Origin: Chthoniobacterales bacterium
GTDB lineage: Bacteria; Verrucomicrobiota; Verrucomicrobiia; Chthoniobacterales; UBA6821
Assembly: GCA_019747895.1 (NCBI GenBank)
Contig: JAIEQF010000008.1
Coordinates: forward strand, 13,501-77,500
DNA: 64,000 nucleotides
Direction of reading: 5' to 3'
The position numbers and the translations under genes were made by a program. The notes beneath the pieces are model-generated. The model worked only from the letters and a program-made list of their open reading frames with translations, was not told the origin of the DNA and searched no databases. Shown in pieces: positions 9,767 through 18,726 of the stretch. Position 1 is the first letter of the stretch; each line of letters begins with the position of its first letter.

Positions 9767-11014
9767 TTACCGATCACACTCACCAAAGACAAAGTCGAGG
9801 CTTCCGATAATAGCAACGACATCGGAGACCATGCAGCCTGGCAACATTTTTTGAAGGATGCTGCAGTTCATGAACGAAGGACCGCGGATCTTCAGGCGGT
9901 AAGGGGATCCGCCGCCTTTGCTGTGAATGTAGAAGCCGAGTTCACCTTTCGGATTTTCGGCGCCGAAATAAACTTCACCCGGAGGCGCATCAACTCCTTG
10001 AGTGCTAACGATGAAATGGTGAATCAGTTCCTCCATTTTTTCTAAGACGGCTTCTTTTTGTGGAGGAATATTTTTGGGATCAACGACATTAATCGGACCG
10101 GAAGGGAGGGAGTTGATAGCTTGTTCTAAAATGCGAACGCTCTGACGCATTTCTTCCATGCGAACCAAATAACGATCGTAAACATCACCAACGCTGCCAA
10201 CGGGAATTTCAAAATCATAACGAGCGTAGTCGAGATAGGGATTGGCGCGGCGAAGATCATGTGCGATGCCAGAACCACGAAGGTTAGGCCCTGTTAAAGC
10301 GTAACTGATCGCAGTTTCTTGAGAAATGATTCCTAGGTCACGAGTCCGATCGACAAAAATACGATTCCGTGTGAGGAGATTGCTGACCTCTTCAAGAACA
10401 GGTTTGAAGTTTCTTAAAAATTCTTTGAGCTGTGCCGCAAAGCCATCAGGAAGATCGCGAACTTGTCCTCCAATGCGCGTGTAGCTGGTTGTGAAGCGGG
10501 CGCCCGTCAGGAGTTCACAGAGATCATAAATTTTTTCCCGCTGAGCAAAAGTAAACATGAAAACGGAGATAGCTCCAATATCCATGCTAGCAGCTCCCAG
10601 ACCAAGTAAATGGGCGGAAATGCGGGCGAGCTCACAACAGATGACGCGGATGGTTTGACCGCGAGGAGGAATTTCCCAGCCCATCAGTTTTTCTACCGCG
10701 AGAGCATAGGCAACGTTGTTGGCCAGGGGAGCTAAGTAATCAAGTCGATCCGTGTACGGAACGAATTGATTGTACTGCATGTTCTCAGCAATTTTTTCAT
10801 CGCCGCGATGAAGGTAGCCAATGTGCGTTGTGACATTGGTGATGATCTCTCCATCGAGTTCCAACTCGAGGCGAAGAACGCCGTGAGTCGCTGGATGGGA
10901 AGGCCCCATGTTAAGGGTCATTTTTTCACCCAACATATCGTGACTTTCTTCTAACCCTTGAAGCGTGCGGGCAAGAGTGTCAGGTTGTTCAAAAACTAAG
11001 GACGTCGTACTCAT
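9767..11014 (-). CDS. nuoD: NADH-quinone oxidoreductase subunit D
   Basis: NMGPSHPATHGVLRL, GYLHRG, DRLDYL, ENPKGELG, C-terminal GECDR. Confidence 0.95.
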   Translation of the reverse strand: MSTTSLVFEQPDTLARTLQGLEESHDMLGEKMTLNMGPSHPATHGVLRLELELDGEIITNVTTHIGYLHRGDEKIAENMQYNQFVPYTDRLDYLAPLANNVAYALAVEKLMGWEIPPRGQTIRVICCELARISAHLLGLGAASMDIGAISVFMFTFAQREKIYDLCELLTGARFTTSYTRIGGQVRDLPDGFAAQLKEFLRNFKPVLEEVSNLLTRNRIFVDRTRDLGIISQETAISYALTGPNLRGSGIAHDLRRANPYLDYARYDFEIPVGSVGDVYDRYLVRMEEMRQSVRILEQAINSLPSGPINVVDPKNIPPQKEAVLEKMEELIHHFIVSTQGVDAPPGEVYFGAENPKGELGFYIHSKGGGSPYRLKIRGPSFMNCSILQKMLPGCMVSDVVAIIGSLDFVFGECDR

Positions 11015-11142
11015 AGAAAGATAATAAAAGGGCATTCACAGGATAGAAGAGAAAAGAAAATTTGTCAGCTCTATATCGAAGATTTCTTTTCAAGAAGCTG
11101 TGTTGTTCTTGCTGTAACCTGCAACCTGTTGTCTGTCGAGAG

Positions 11143-11215
11143 TGGGGGCACCTGGATTCGAACCAGGAACCAACCAGTTATGAGCCGGCTGCTCTAACCG
11201 TTGAGCTATGCCCCC
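11143..11215 (-). tRNA. tRNA with CAT anticodon, most likely tRNA-Ile2 (lysidine type); CCA not encoded
   Basis: GGGGGCA/TGCCCCC acceptor stem, D-arm TAGCTCAACGGTTAGAGC, anticodon arm GCCGG-CTCATAA-CTGGT, T-loop GGTTCGAATCC. Confidence 0.92.
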
Positions 11216-11232
11216 AAAAAGGAAAAGAAAAA

Positions 11233-11313
11233 AATAGCCATAAAAGCACGCAAAGAACACAAAAAAAGAAAGAAGTTTTTTCTTTGTGATCTTTGCGTGC
11301 TTTTGTGGCTATT
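11233..11313. repeat. Inverted 9-mer-arm cassette (GCCACAAAG family)
   Basis: AATAGCCATAAAAGCACGCAAAGAACACAAA paired with TTTGTGATCTTTGCGTGCTTTTGTGGCTATT. Confidence 0.85.
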
Positions 11314-11321
11314 AAAATTTT

Positions 11322-11648
11322 CTAATAATTTTTTCCAATCGCCATCGTCATTGATTCTTCTAGCTCTTCCTCTTCTTCAAGGCTTGAGAGGGGTGCAAAT
11401 CGGTCCGAGCGAAATCCGAGCTCTTCTGCCGAAGCTTCATCCATGTAGGGATCGAGATCATTGGTTATCTCTTCTAACAGCAGACGAAAGCTTATTCCTG
11501 GGTCAATCGCGCCGGTCTTGGTTCTTCCAATAGAGCATTCACGAACAGTATAGATATCTCCTTTCTTTGGGAGCTCTCGGTACAATTTGCGATGCAGTGG
11601 CTCAAACGTATCGTTAATGCAAACAACTTTTTCTCCGATATCAAACAT
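11322..11648 (-). CDS. Small acidic hypothetical protein (possible SH3-like N-terminus)
   Basis: 108-aa ORF with ATG start MFDIGEKVVCIND, protein-like composition and an acidic tail. Confidence 0.75.
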   Translation of the reverse strand: MFDIGEKVVCINDTFEPLHRKLYRELPKKGDIYTVRECSIGRTKTGAIDPGISFRLLLEEITNDLDPYMDEASAEELGFRSDRFAPLSSLEEEEELEESMTMAIGKNY

Positions 11649-11751
11649 AGAATTAGATTATTGGTTACAGCTTAAAGACTACAGGAAAAAATATTCTAAT
11701 TTTTAAGAATAAGGTTTTTCAAAGTTCAAGGGTCACAACAAACAATGAGTT

Positions 11752-14130
11752 TTAGATCTGATCTGATGGCTTCAATAGTTCCTTACGGACTGTGGTCGCA
11801 ATTTTTTGTGCTTCATTTTTTATCTGAAGACGATCAATTATTGACTTGCAGTTTCTGATAGCATGGTAGGCAGCACTTTCTAGCTTGCCTCGAAGTTGAG
11901 CTGTCTTCATTTTGGCCGCGTCTTCATTTGTAACAGCTCTCTCAGCCGCCTTTCGAGCGGCAAAAAGAGTTGCATCTATAACGCTTAGTCCAGGAATTAA
12001 TTTTCCCTTATTATTCACTTTTTCTTTTTGAGATTCGTAAAAATCTTTCATCACTTCCTCTGAGATTTTTTCTTTTTTCTTTGGTAAAAATTTTTCTATC
12101 ACCCTTGTAACAATAAGAGCTCCTTCTATTTTTGCTTCATCAGGGGTTGCCATTTTAGAGGCCTTAATAACATGATAGGCAGCAGAGAGCAATTCGGTAC
12201 GAAGATCATGATAACTATTATCAGCGGTTAATTCCTCGCGGGTTTGTGGACGCTGCTCTCCATTTAAATAAGCTCTTTCAGCCGCCCTTTCAGCAGCCTT
12301 GAGGATTGCATTCCAAGGATCTAGCCCTGCGATTTTTTCCCCCGCCTCATTGATTTTTGGTTGTTGAGCATTTTTAAAATCGTCTAGTTCTTCTTGAGAG
12401 AGAGTCCTTTCACTTTTTTTTGGCCAAACTTCATTGAGTATTTTTGTAGCAATGGGATTTGCTATAAATTCAGCTTCACGTCGTTTCTCCACTCCCAGTT
12501 TCTTAAGAATAGGACAAGCTTCCGATAAAAGTTTAGAACGACACTGGTCTCTTGTACCTCTCCATTGATCTTTAATTTTTGGAGCGATTAATCTTAGTTC
12601 TTCTTCTATAATCGTTTGACGTGCAAGATTGCTTCCTAATTGTTTGCTTTCTCTTTGAAAACGATCACGCAAATTTTTTGTTTCGGGGGAAATTTGTTCA
12701 TTGATAGTTGAGGAAAAAAATTCTTCCATGATAGCGGTTGCTATAGCAGACATTTTCAATTTTGCATCTATGGAAGAAAATCCAAATGCCCTAAGATTCT
12801 TATAAAGAGCATCCTCAATAGGCTTACGATCCTTCACTTTATTGCGATTTTTTGGATCTTCCTTAAAAAGCCTAGCACAAACAATTCTTCCTTCACCCTC
12901 TGTCACAATATTAATAGCATGGTTCTTGGATTCTCCTTCGCTGAGACCTTGAGCTCGCAATAATTGAGTGATAAGAGTCAATTTTTGATCCAAACTCCCG
13001 GTTTCACCACTTGGAAGTTCCATAACTTTTTTTAAAATAGCAGCTCGTATCTCTGGATCTAATTTTACTATCTTAACTCTTTTATTAGGTTCTGCTTTTA
13101 TTTCATTTTCAGAAGCACTTACCTCAGGGTCAGATTCCCAAAAACCCTCACGAACCTCTAGAGTAGGATCAAAAGACTCTTTTTCAAACGTAAAATCTTC
13201 TATTTTTTCATTTGAAAATGGGCTTTCATTCAAATCAGTTGGTATTATTTGGCTTTCAGCTTGACGTTTTGTAGACCTACGAGCATTAGAAGGTAAAGAA
13301 GGCCATGAATCAGGATTAACAGAAGTTATTGAATGTCCACCCTCAAAATTTCCTGTTTTTTTAGTTACTGTATCCCCTTGATTAAGGGGATCCGTTGGGT
13401 TATTAAAATCAAATCCAAGATCGAAATCTGAACCATCATCATTATCAGGACGGTGTGGAAAATTATTTTGAAAGGAAGAAGGTAATAAAGAGAAACCATC
13501 CATAAGAAAATTTGGGTTTTTAAATAATAGGGAAGGGTCATTCAACTGGCTTAGCCTATCCGCAATACAAATTAAGTATTGCTCTTGTACAAGTTTTTTT
13601 TTTTCTTTTTCTATTAGAAGAATATATTTGACCAAGCTTGAGATGTATTTTTGGTGATTTATTGTGATATTAAGAAATTTTTCTTTTTCTGCTGGAGTTT
13701 GAAAACTATCAATTAATAAAGCACCTTTGCGTTTATGCCAAAAATCTTCCAAAATCTTTTGCAGTATAGTAAGCCTATCTAAAACATTCTTATTTTTGTC
13801 ATTGAAAGAAAATGACGAGCATTGCGTGATCTGTTCTTGCCAACGTTGTATGATGGACGCTGCTTTGGCAAGATCAGCATCAAGGGGGGGGGCTAATTGT
13901 TCCAACTCAGTCTGCTTTTTTTCCTGATTATAAGAACTTGTTTTTTGTAATGTAGAATCTATAGCTGTACATTCGGTTCTAGGAAAATTTTCACCATCTC
14001 CAAACTCATGATCTCGCTCTGATGGGGATTGGAAAATTTTTTTTTCTACTTGTTTTCCTATAGGGCCTCCCTGAAGTTGAGAAAGTAACAAAGTAAAAAC
14101 GACTGTTGTGCCGGATAAATACTTGTTCAT
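11752..14130 (-). CDS. Hypothetical secreted protein, 792 aa, with C-terminal ~110-aa tandem repeats
   Basis: Signal-peptide-like N-terminus, AT-rich coding, duplicated GL...AA(E/R)(R/K)AAERA...LR..L.SAAYH.I motif. Confidence 0.8.
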   Translation of the reverse strand: MNKYLSGTTVVFTLLLSQLQGGPIGKQVEKKIFQSPSERDHEFGDGENFPRTECTAIDSTLQKTSSYNQEKKQTELEQLAPPLDADLAKAASIIQRWQEQITQCSSFSFNDKNKNVLDRLTILQKILEDFWHKRKGALLIDSFQTPAEKEKFLNITINHQKYISSLVKYILLIEKEKKKLVQEQYLICIADRLSQLNDPSLLFKNPNFLMDGFSLLPSSFQNNFPHRPDNDDGSDFDLGFDFNNPTDPLNQGDTVTKKTGNFEGGHSITSVNPDSWPSLPSNARRSTKRQAESQIIPTDLNESPFSNEKIEDFTFEKESFDPTLEVREGFWESDPEVSASENEIKAEPNKRVKIVKLDPEIRAAILKKVMELPSGETGSLDQKLTLITQLLRAQGLSEGESKNHAINIVTEGEGRIVCARLFKEDPKNRNKVKDRKPIEDALYKNLRAFGFSSIDAKLKMSAIATAIMEEFFSSTINEQISPETKNLRDRFQRESKQLGSNLARQTIIEEELRLIAPKIKDQWRGTRDQCRSKLLSEACPILKKLGVEKRREAEFIANPIATKILNEVWPKKSERTLSQEELDDFKNAQQPKINEAGEKIAGLDPWNAILKAAERAAERAYLNGEQRPQTREELTADNSYHDLRTELLSAAYHVIKASKMATPDEAKIEGALIVTRVIEKFLPKKKEKISEEVMKDFYESQKEKVNNKGKLIPGLSVIDATLFAARKAAERAVTNEDAAKMKTAQLRGKLESAAYHAIRNCKSIIDRLQIKNEAQKIATTVRKELLKPSDQI

Positions 14131-14140
14131 TATTAATCAG

Positions 14141-14899
14141 TTACTTTCCCAAATACCCATCTCGAATTTTAGGATGAGCTAAAAGTTCCTGACCACTCCC
14201 TGAGAGGGTGATTTGGCCAAGCTCTAGCAAGTAGGCATGATCAGCATAGCGGAGCGCTAAGTTGGCATTTTGTTCCACCAGAAGAATGGACATTCCTTCT
14301 GCATGAATAGCGCGCAGGATTTTAAAAATTTCTTGAACCAAAATAGGAGAGAGCCCCATGGAAGGTTCGTCCAAGAGGAGAAGACGAGGGCGGGTCATGA
14401 GCGCGCGTGCCACTGCTAACATCTGCTGCTCTCCTCCGGATAAAGTTCCCGCAATTTGTTTTGTTCTCTCCTCCAGACGAGGGAAGAGGTGATACATCCG
14501 ATCTAAATCTTGTTTAAAAACATTTCCATCGCGCGTGTTCCAGGCCCCTAATTTTAAATTTTCGAGTACGGTAAGATTTCCAAAAATGCTGCGACCTTCA
14601 GGAACGAGGTTTAAACCTAAATGAACGCGCTGTTCGGAAGGAAGAGGATCGATGGAACGGCCTTCGAATAAAACGGTCCCGCGCGCTGGAAGCTCTCCGG
14701 CAATGGCTCGGAGCGTCGATGACTTCCCAGCCCCATTAGCCCCAATCAAAGCGACAAAGCCTCCCGAAGGAACTTCTAGTGAGATCCCGCGCACAGCATG
14801 AACTTCGCCGTAGGAGACTTCCAAATTTGAAATAGAAAGAGAAGCAGGAAGAGTATTCACAGGGATGGAAGCGATGGAAGGGATAAAAGAAATTTTCAC
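14141..14899 (-). CDS. livF: Branched-chain amino acid ABC transporter ATP-binding protein (alternative GTG start at 14860)
   Basis: GANGAGKSS Walker A, VPEGR, LSGGEQQMLA, LLLDEPSMGL, LLVEQN. Confidence 0.93.
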   Translation of the reverse strand: MKISFIPSIASIPVNTLPASLSISNLEVSYGEVHAVRGISLEVPSGGFVALIGANGAGKSSTLRAIAGELPARGTVLFEGRSIDPLPSEQRVHLGLNLVPEGRSIFGNLTVLENLKLGAWNTRDGNVFKQDLDRMYHLFPRLEERTKQIAGTLSGGEQQMLAVARALMTRPRLLLLDEPSMGLSPILVQEIFKILRAIHAEGMSILLVEQNANLALRYADHAYLLELGQITLSGSGQELLAHPKIRDGYLGK

Positions 14900-15023
14900 A
14901 AAAGTGAAATAATTTTTTTGAGAATATCGTCAAATGTTTTTGCGAGATAGTTAAAAAAGCTAAAAGCTAGAATATAAAATTATTTTTGTCTTTATCCCTT
15001 CCATCGCTTCTATCCCTGTGAAT
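14855..15023. repeat. Inverted 9-mer-arm cassette (GGGATGGAA family)
   Basis: 33-bp inverted repeat with one mismatch, 14855-14887 versus 14991-15023. Confidence 0.85.
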
Positions 15024-15025
15024 TT

Positions 15026-15805
15026 TCAGCCTTCCGTTCCCAAATAAGCCTCGATCACGCGTTGATTGCTTTTAATTTCACTCGGTGATCCTTCGGCAAT
15101 GAGCGATCCAAAATCGAGCACCAGGAGGCGTTGGCAGAGTTCCATGACAAAGCCCATGTGATGTTCAATGAGGATGAAGGTGGATGAAAATTCACGTTGC
15201 ACCCAACGTAAGAGATCCAAAACCTCTGCCATCTCGTGTTCATTCATCCCTGCAACTGGTTCATCGAGTAGCAGCAATTTTGGATTGAGGGCTAAGGCCC
15301 GAGCAATTTCCAGACGTCGTTGAAATCCATAGGAAAGGCTTCCTGCTGGCTGTTGCGCTACATCAGCCATGCCCAGCATTCCTAGCAATTCAAGAGCTGC
15401 TTTGTTGGATCCACTTTCTTGCTGGCGCGCAAAGGGGGTGCGCAAGAGCGCTCCGAGTGGCGTGTAGCTCAAACGTGCATCGTAAGCGATGCGGACATTT
15501 TCCAAAACACTCAGTTGTTTGAAGAGGCGAATGTTTTGAAAAGTGCGCGCAATGCCCTGGCGTGCAATCCAAGCAGGCGAACAACCATGAATCGCCTTCT
15601 CTTGCCAAAAAATACTGCCGCTAGTCGGATGATAAAAACCAGTGAGCAAGTTAAACAAGGTTGTTTTTCCTGCGCCATTAGGACCAATGACTCCGAGGCA
15701 TTCTTGCGGATGCACATCAAAAGAGACATCTGCTAAGCTCTGACGTCCGCCAAAACTTTTACTAAGATTAATCGTTTGTAAAATGGGAGAAGGAGAATTA
15801 GCCAC
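15026..15805 (-). CDS. livG: Branched-chain amino acid ABC transporter ATP-binding protein (start uncertain)
   Basis: GPNGAGKTT, RTFQNIRLF, LSYGFQRRLEIARALA, LLLDEP, IEHHM, VIEAYLG. Confidence 0.93.
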   Translation of the reverse strand: MANSPSPILQTINLSKSFGGRQSLADVSFDVHPQECLGVIGPNGAGKTTLFNLLTGFYHPTSGSIFWQEKAIHGCSPAWIARQGIARTFQNIRLFKQLSVLENVRIAYDARLSYTPLGALLRTPFARQQESGSNKAALELLGMLGMADVAQQPAGSLSYGFQRRLEIARALALNPKLLLLDEPVAGMNEHEMAEVLDLLRWVQREFSSTFILIEHHMGFVMELCQRLLVLDFGSLIAEGSPSEIKSNQRVIEAYLGTEG

Positions 15806-15895
15806 AAAAAATAGAGAAAAAGAGGAGAATAGCCACAAAAGAGCACAAAGAGCACAAAAAAAGAAAAATTAATTCTTTGTGGTCTTTTGTGGCTA
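15799..15895. repeat. Inverted 9-mer-arm cassette (GCCACAAAG family) with a duplicated left end
   Basis: TAGCCACAAAA at 15799 and 15830, GAGCACAAAGAGCACAAA, right arm CTTTGTGGTCTTTTGTGGCTA at 15875-15895. Confidence 0.8.
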
Positions 15896-16849
15896 ATTAT
15901 TTTTATTCTTATACCCACTAGGCTTCAGCCATCTCCACTCGCGGAATCCCATGATTCCACGTGGCCGGAAGAGCATCAGAAGAACCAGGAGGAGCGGCAT
16001 AACAACCATTCTCCAGACTCCTAGTGGTTGAAGGAGCTGATTGAGAACAGTAAAAACTCCCGCACCCAAGAAAGATCCTGAAAGGGAAGCAACACCTCCG
16101 AGGTAGACCATCACCAAAATATCGGTTGATTTTAAAATGTCAAAAGAGCTCGGATTAATAAATTGAATTTGATGGGCAAAAAGAGCTCCAGCAACTCCGG
16201 CAAAAAAAGAGGAGACAATGAAAGCAATCATTTTTGCTCTCCGTGTAGAGACGCCCATGGCCTCTGCCGCAATTTCATCTTCGCGAATGGCTTCGATGCT
16301 CCGACCAAATTTGGAATAGACAAGATTGCGAATCAACCAAAAGGAAAGCAGGAAAAAAAGAAACGCCCACGGTAGCGTCGTTAATCTTGGAATGCCAAGA
16401 AAACCACGAGGGCCGCCAACGTAGGGGATATTTTCTAATCCTGATTTCACAATCATGAGAAAAGCCAGCGTGATGATCGCAAGATAATCACCTCGTGTTT
16501 TAAAAGAAAGAAAGGCAAGGGGAACACCGACAAGCGAGGCCACAGCGCCTCCAACTAAGACGGCACAAGGAAAGAGAAGCCACGGCGGCAATCCAGGAAG
16601 CAAGCGGACGGTAACAATGGCTGAACTGTAAGCACCTAGCGCCATAAAAGCAGCGTGTCCTACGGAGAATTCGCCCATGTAACCATTCACGAGATTGAGG
16701 CTCAGTGCAAGAATGGCATTGATGAGGAGTGTGACAAGAATGAAAATCAAGTAATCGTTCAGGCAGTGAGGCAGGATGAAGGCAGCAGCGACGCTGAAAA
16801 TAAAAAATAAAATTCGTAGTTGGCAGTTGGTAGTTCGTAAAAAATTCAT
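15893..16849 (-). CDS. livM: Branched-chain amino acid ABC transporter permease
   Basis: SLNLVNGYMGEFSVGHAAF, RGDYLAIITLAF, AIREDEIAAEAMGV, RPRGIMG. Confidence 0.92.
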   Translation of the reverse strand: MNFLRTTNCQLRILFFIFSVAAAFILPHCLNDYLIFILVTLLINAILALSLNLVNGYMGEFSVGHAAFMALGAYSSAIVTVRLLPGLPPWLLFPCAVLVGGAVASLVGVPLAFLSFKTRGDYLAIITLAFLMIVKSGLENIPYVGGPRGFLGIPRLTTLPWAFLFFLLSFWLIRNLVYSKFGRSIEAIREDEIAAEAMGVSTRRAKMIAFIVSSFFAGVAGALFAHQIQFINPSSFDILKSTDILVMVYLGGVASLSGSFLGAGVFTVLNQLLQPLGVWRMVVMPLLLVLLMLFRPRGIMGFREWRWLKPSGYKNKNN

Positions 16850-16895
16850 AGAACATTGACTCCTATAGAAACTTTGGTTGAAGTGAAATAAAGCT

Positions 16896-17771
16896 TCAGA
16901 CTTTCTGAATAGGAGGCTGCCCTAGGATTCCATAGGGCTTGATAATCAAAATCAGCAGTAACAAAGAATAGGCAATGAGGTCACGATAGGTCGAAGGGAG
17001 AAGAGTGACGCTAATAATTTCGGTTGCTCCCAAAATATATCCGCCAAGAACAGCGCCACGCATGTTTCCAATGCCTCCGATTACCGCTGCCACAAAGGCT
17101 TTCCAGCCGATCAAAATTCCCATCGAAGAAGAAATCACAGGATAGGCAAGAGCGTAGAGCAGGCCTGCAGAGCCACCAAGAGCAGCGCCAAGCGCAAAGG
17201 TCAGCGAAATGATTCTGTTCGCTGGAATTCCTAAAAGTGGAACCATCGCTCGATCAAATGAAAGAGCTCGCATCGCGATACCAAAGCGAGTTCTCCGAAT
17301 GATGAGATCTAGCAACACCATCAAAAGAATAGAGATGCTGATGATTGTGAGTTGCAGCGAAGAGATGGTGACACCACCGATGTAATAAGAAGTGTTGACC
17401 AAGAGCGTTGGCATATGACGTGGATAAGGACTAAACCCGAGCGTGACATTTTCAATGATGAGACCACATCCGAGAGCAGTGATGATGGCCGAAACTCGAG
17501 GCGCTTTGCGAATGGGCCGATAGGCAAAGCGTTCGATTAAGGCACCGAGAAGTCCGATGACCGCCATCGTCACGATAAGGGCTATCCAAAACGGCACACG
17601 AACCACGGACTCCAAGATGAGTGCCACAAAAGCTCCGAGCATGAAGAGATCTCCATGAGCAAAATTAATCATCGTGAGCACGCCATAAACAAGGCTGTAT
17701 CCAAGTGCAATGAGGGCGTAGATCGACCCAAGCTGGAGGGCATTGATGGTTTGTTGTGCAAAGTAGTTCAT
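16896..17771 (-). CDS. livH: Branched-chain amino acid ABC transporter permease
   Basis: GSIYALIALGYSLVYGVLTMINFAHG, KAFVAAVIGGIG, KPYGILG. Confidence 0.93.
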   Translation of the reverse strand: MNYFAQQTINALQLGSIYALIALGYSLVYGVLTMINFAHGDLFMLGAFVALILESVVRVPFWIALIVTMAVIGLLGALIERFAYRPIRKAPRVSAIITALGCGLIIENVTLGFSPYPRHMPTLLVNTSYYIGGVTISSLQLTIISISILLMVLLDLIIRRTRFGIAMRALSFDRAMVPLLGIPANRIISLTFALGAALGGSAGLLYALAYPVISSSMGILIGWKAFVAAVIGGIGNMRGAVLGGYILGATEIISVTLLPSTYRDLIAYSLLLLILIIKPYGILGQPPIQKV

Positions 17772-17781
17772 AAGCAGGTTG

Positions 17782-18702
17782 CAGCTTTGCAGGTTACAGG
17801 TTGCAGGAAAAATTCACAAGGATGGAAGGCAAAAAAGGCTGTAGGCTATAGCCTCTATTCATCTGCAACTAAAGATCATCTTCGAACTCTAACCAATATC
17901 TCTCCTCACTTCCTTGTATGGAAGAATCATAATAAGAGCCAGCATTAGAACCAAAAAGTTGTTGAAGGAACAAGTAATATTCAGGTTGTTTTTCTTGAAT
18001 ATCTTGAAGCAAGTGAGGCTCGCGATTGAGATCTTGACCAAAAAGATAGGTGGTGGCAGTGACAGCAAAAAATTCCCTTTGATTCCTTAAACAGTAGTGA
18101 TCCAGAGTAGGATAACCGAAATAATCATCTAACACCCAATTATAACAACGCCGATTAACAGCATCTTGATAATAGTTTTTGATCGTTTGATTATTAAAAC
18201 CATCTGGCAAACGCTGATCATGAAAAGCGTGCAGCAATTCATGCAGTAATGCTGTCGCATTAAGGTTGCCGTTATTTATAGCTATGTTCAGGATGATACC
18301 ATTTCCCTCTCCCTGCTGGTATAATCCTTCGATGCCTGTAGCAGCACCAGCAGCAGGAGTATGATTGATGACCTTGATAGAAATACTTTGAAAAAATGTT
18401 AGAACTTCTGGAGACAATCCAAGATTATAAAGAAGATCGATCTCTCGTTTTATGGAACTGTTTGCTTGCGGCAAGTAGGGAACATTCAGTACTTGAGCTT
18501 CATTGGCCTGAAATCCACGATAACTAAATGTGACTGAGTCTTGTTGGGTGGTCTCCGCTAAAAGCGCATGCCCGCTAATAAAAAAAATCGAAAATAGGAG
18601 AGAAAAAAATTTGTGCATGGGAAATTTTGAGATGCAGAAAAGTAATGCAGTTTCAAAATTTAGCAGCAATTTTTTGCCTGCAGCCTGTAACCTGAAAGGC
18701 TG
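17782..18702. mobile_element. Heptamer-arm cassette enclosing a cargo gene
   Basis: 26-bp inverted arms at 17782-17807 and 18677-18702 (23/26 match) bracket the metallopeptidase gene. Confidence 0.65.
17869..18618 (-). CDS. Secreted zincin-type metallopeptidase-like protein
   Basis: Signal peptide MHKFFSLLFSIFFISGHALLA, HEXXH motif LLHELLHAFH, downstream NQREFFA third-ligand-like motif. Confidence 0.75.
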   Translation of the reverse strand: MHKFFSLLFSIFFISGHALLAETTQQDSVTFSYRGFQANEAQVLNVPYLPQANSSIKREIDLLYNLGLSPEVLTFFQSISIKVINHTPAAGAATGIEGLYQQGEGNGIILNIAINNGNLNATALLHELLHAFHDQRLPDGFNNQTIKNYYQDAVNRRCYNWVLDDYFGYPTLDHYCLRNQREFFAVTATTYLFGQDLNREPHLLQDIQEKQPEYYLFLQQLFGSNAGSYYDSSIQGSEERYWLEFEDDL

Positions 18703-18726
18703 TCCAAAAAAATTATTTTTTTTGGA

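Noticed and set aside
11143-11215. Initiator tRNA-fMet call for the CAT tRNA
   Set aside because: It has a paired G1-C72 and lacks the three consecutive G-C pairs at the end of the anticodon stem; Ile2 fits better, although elongator Met is not fully excluded.
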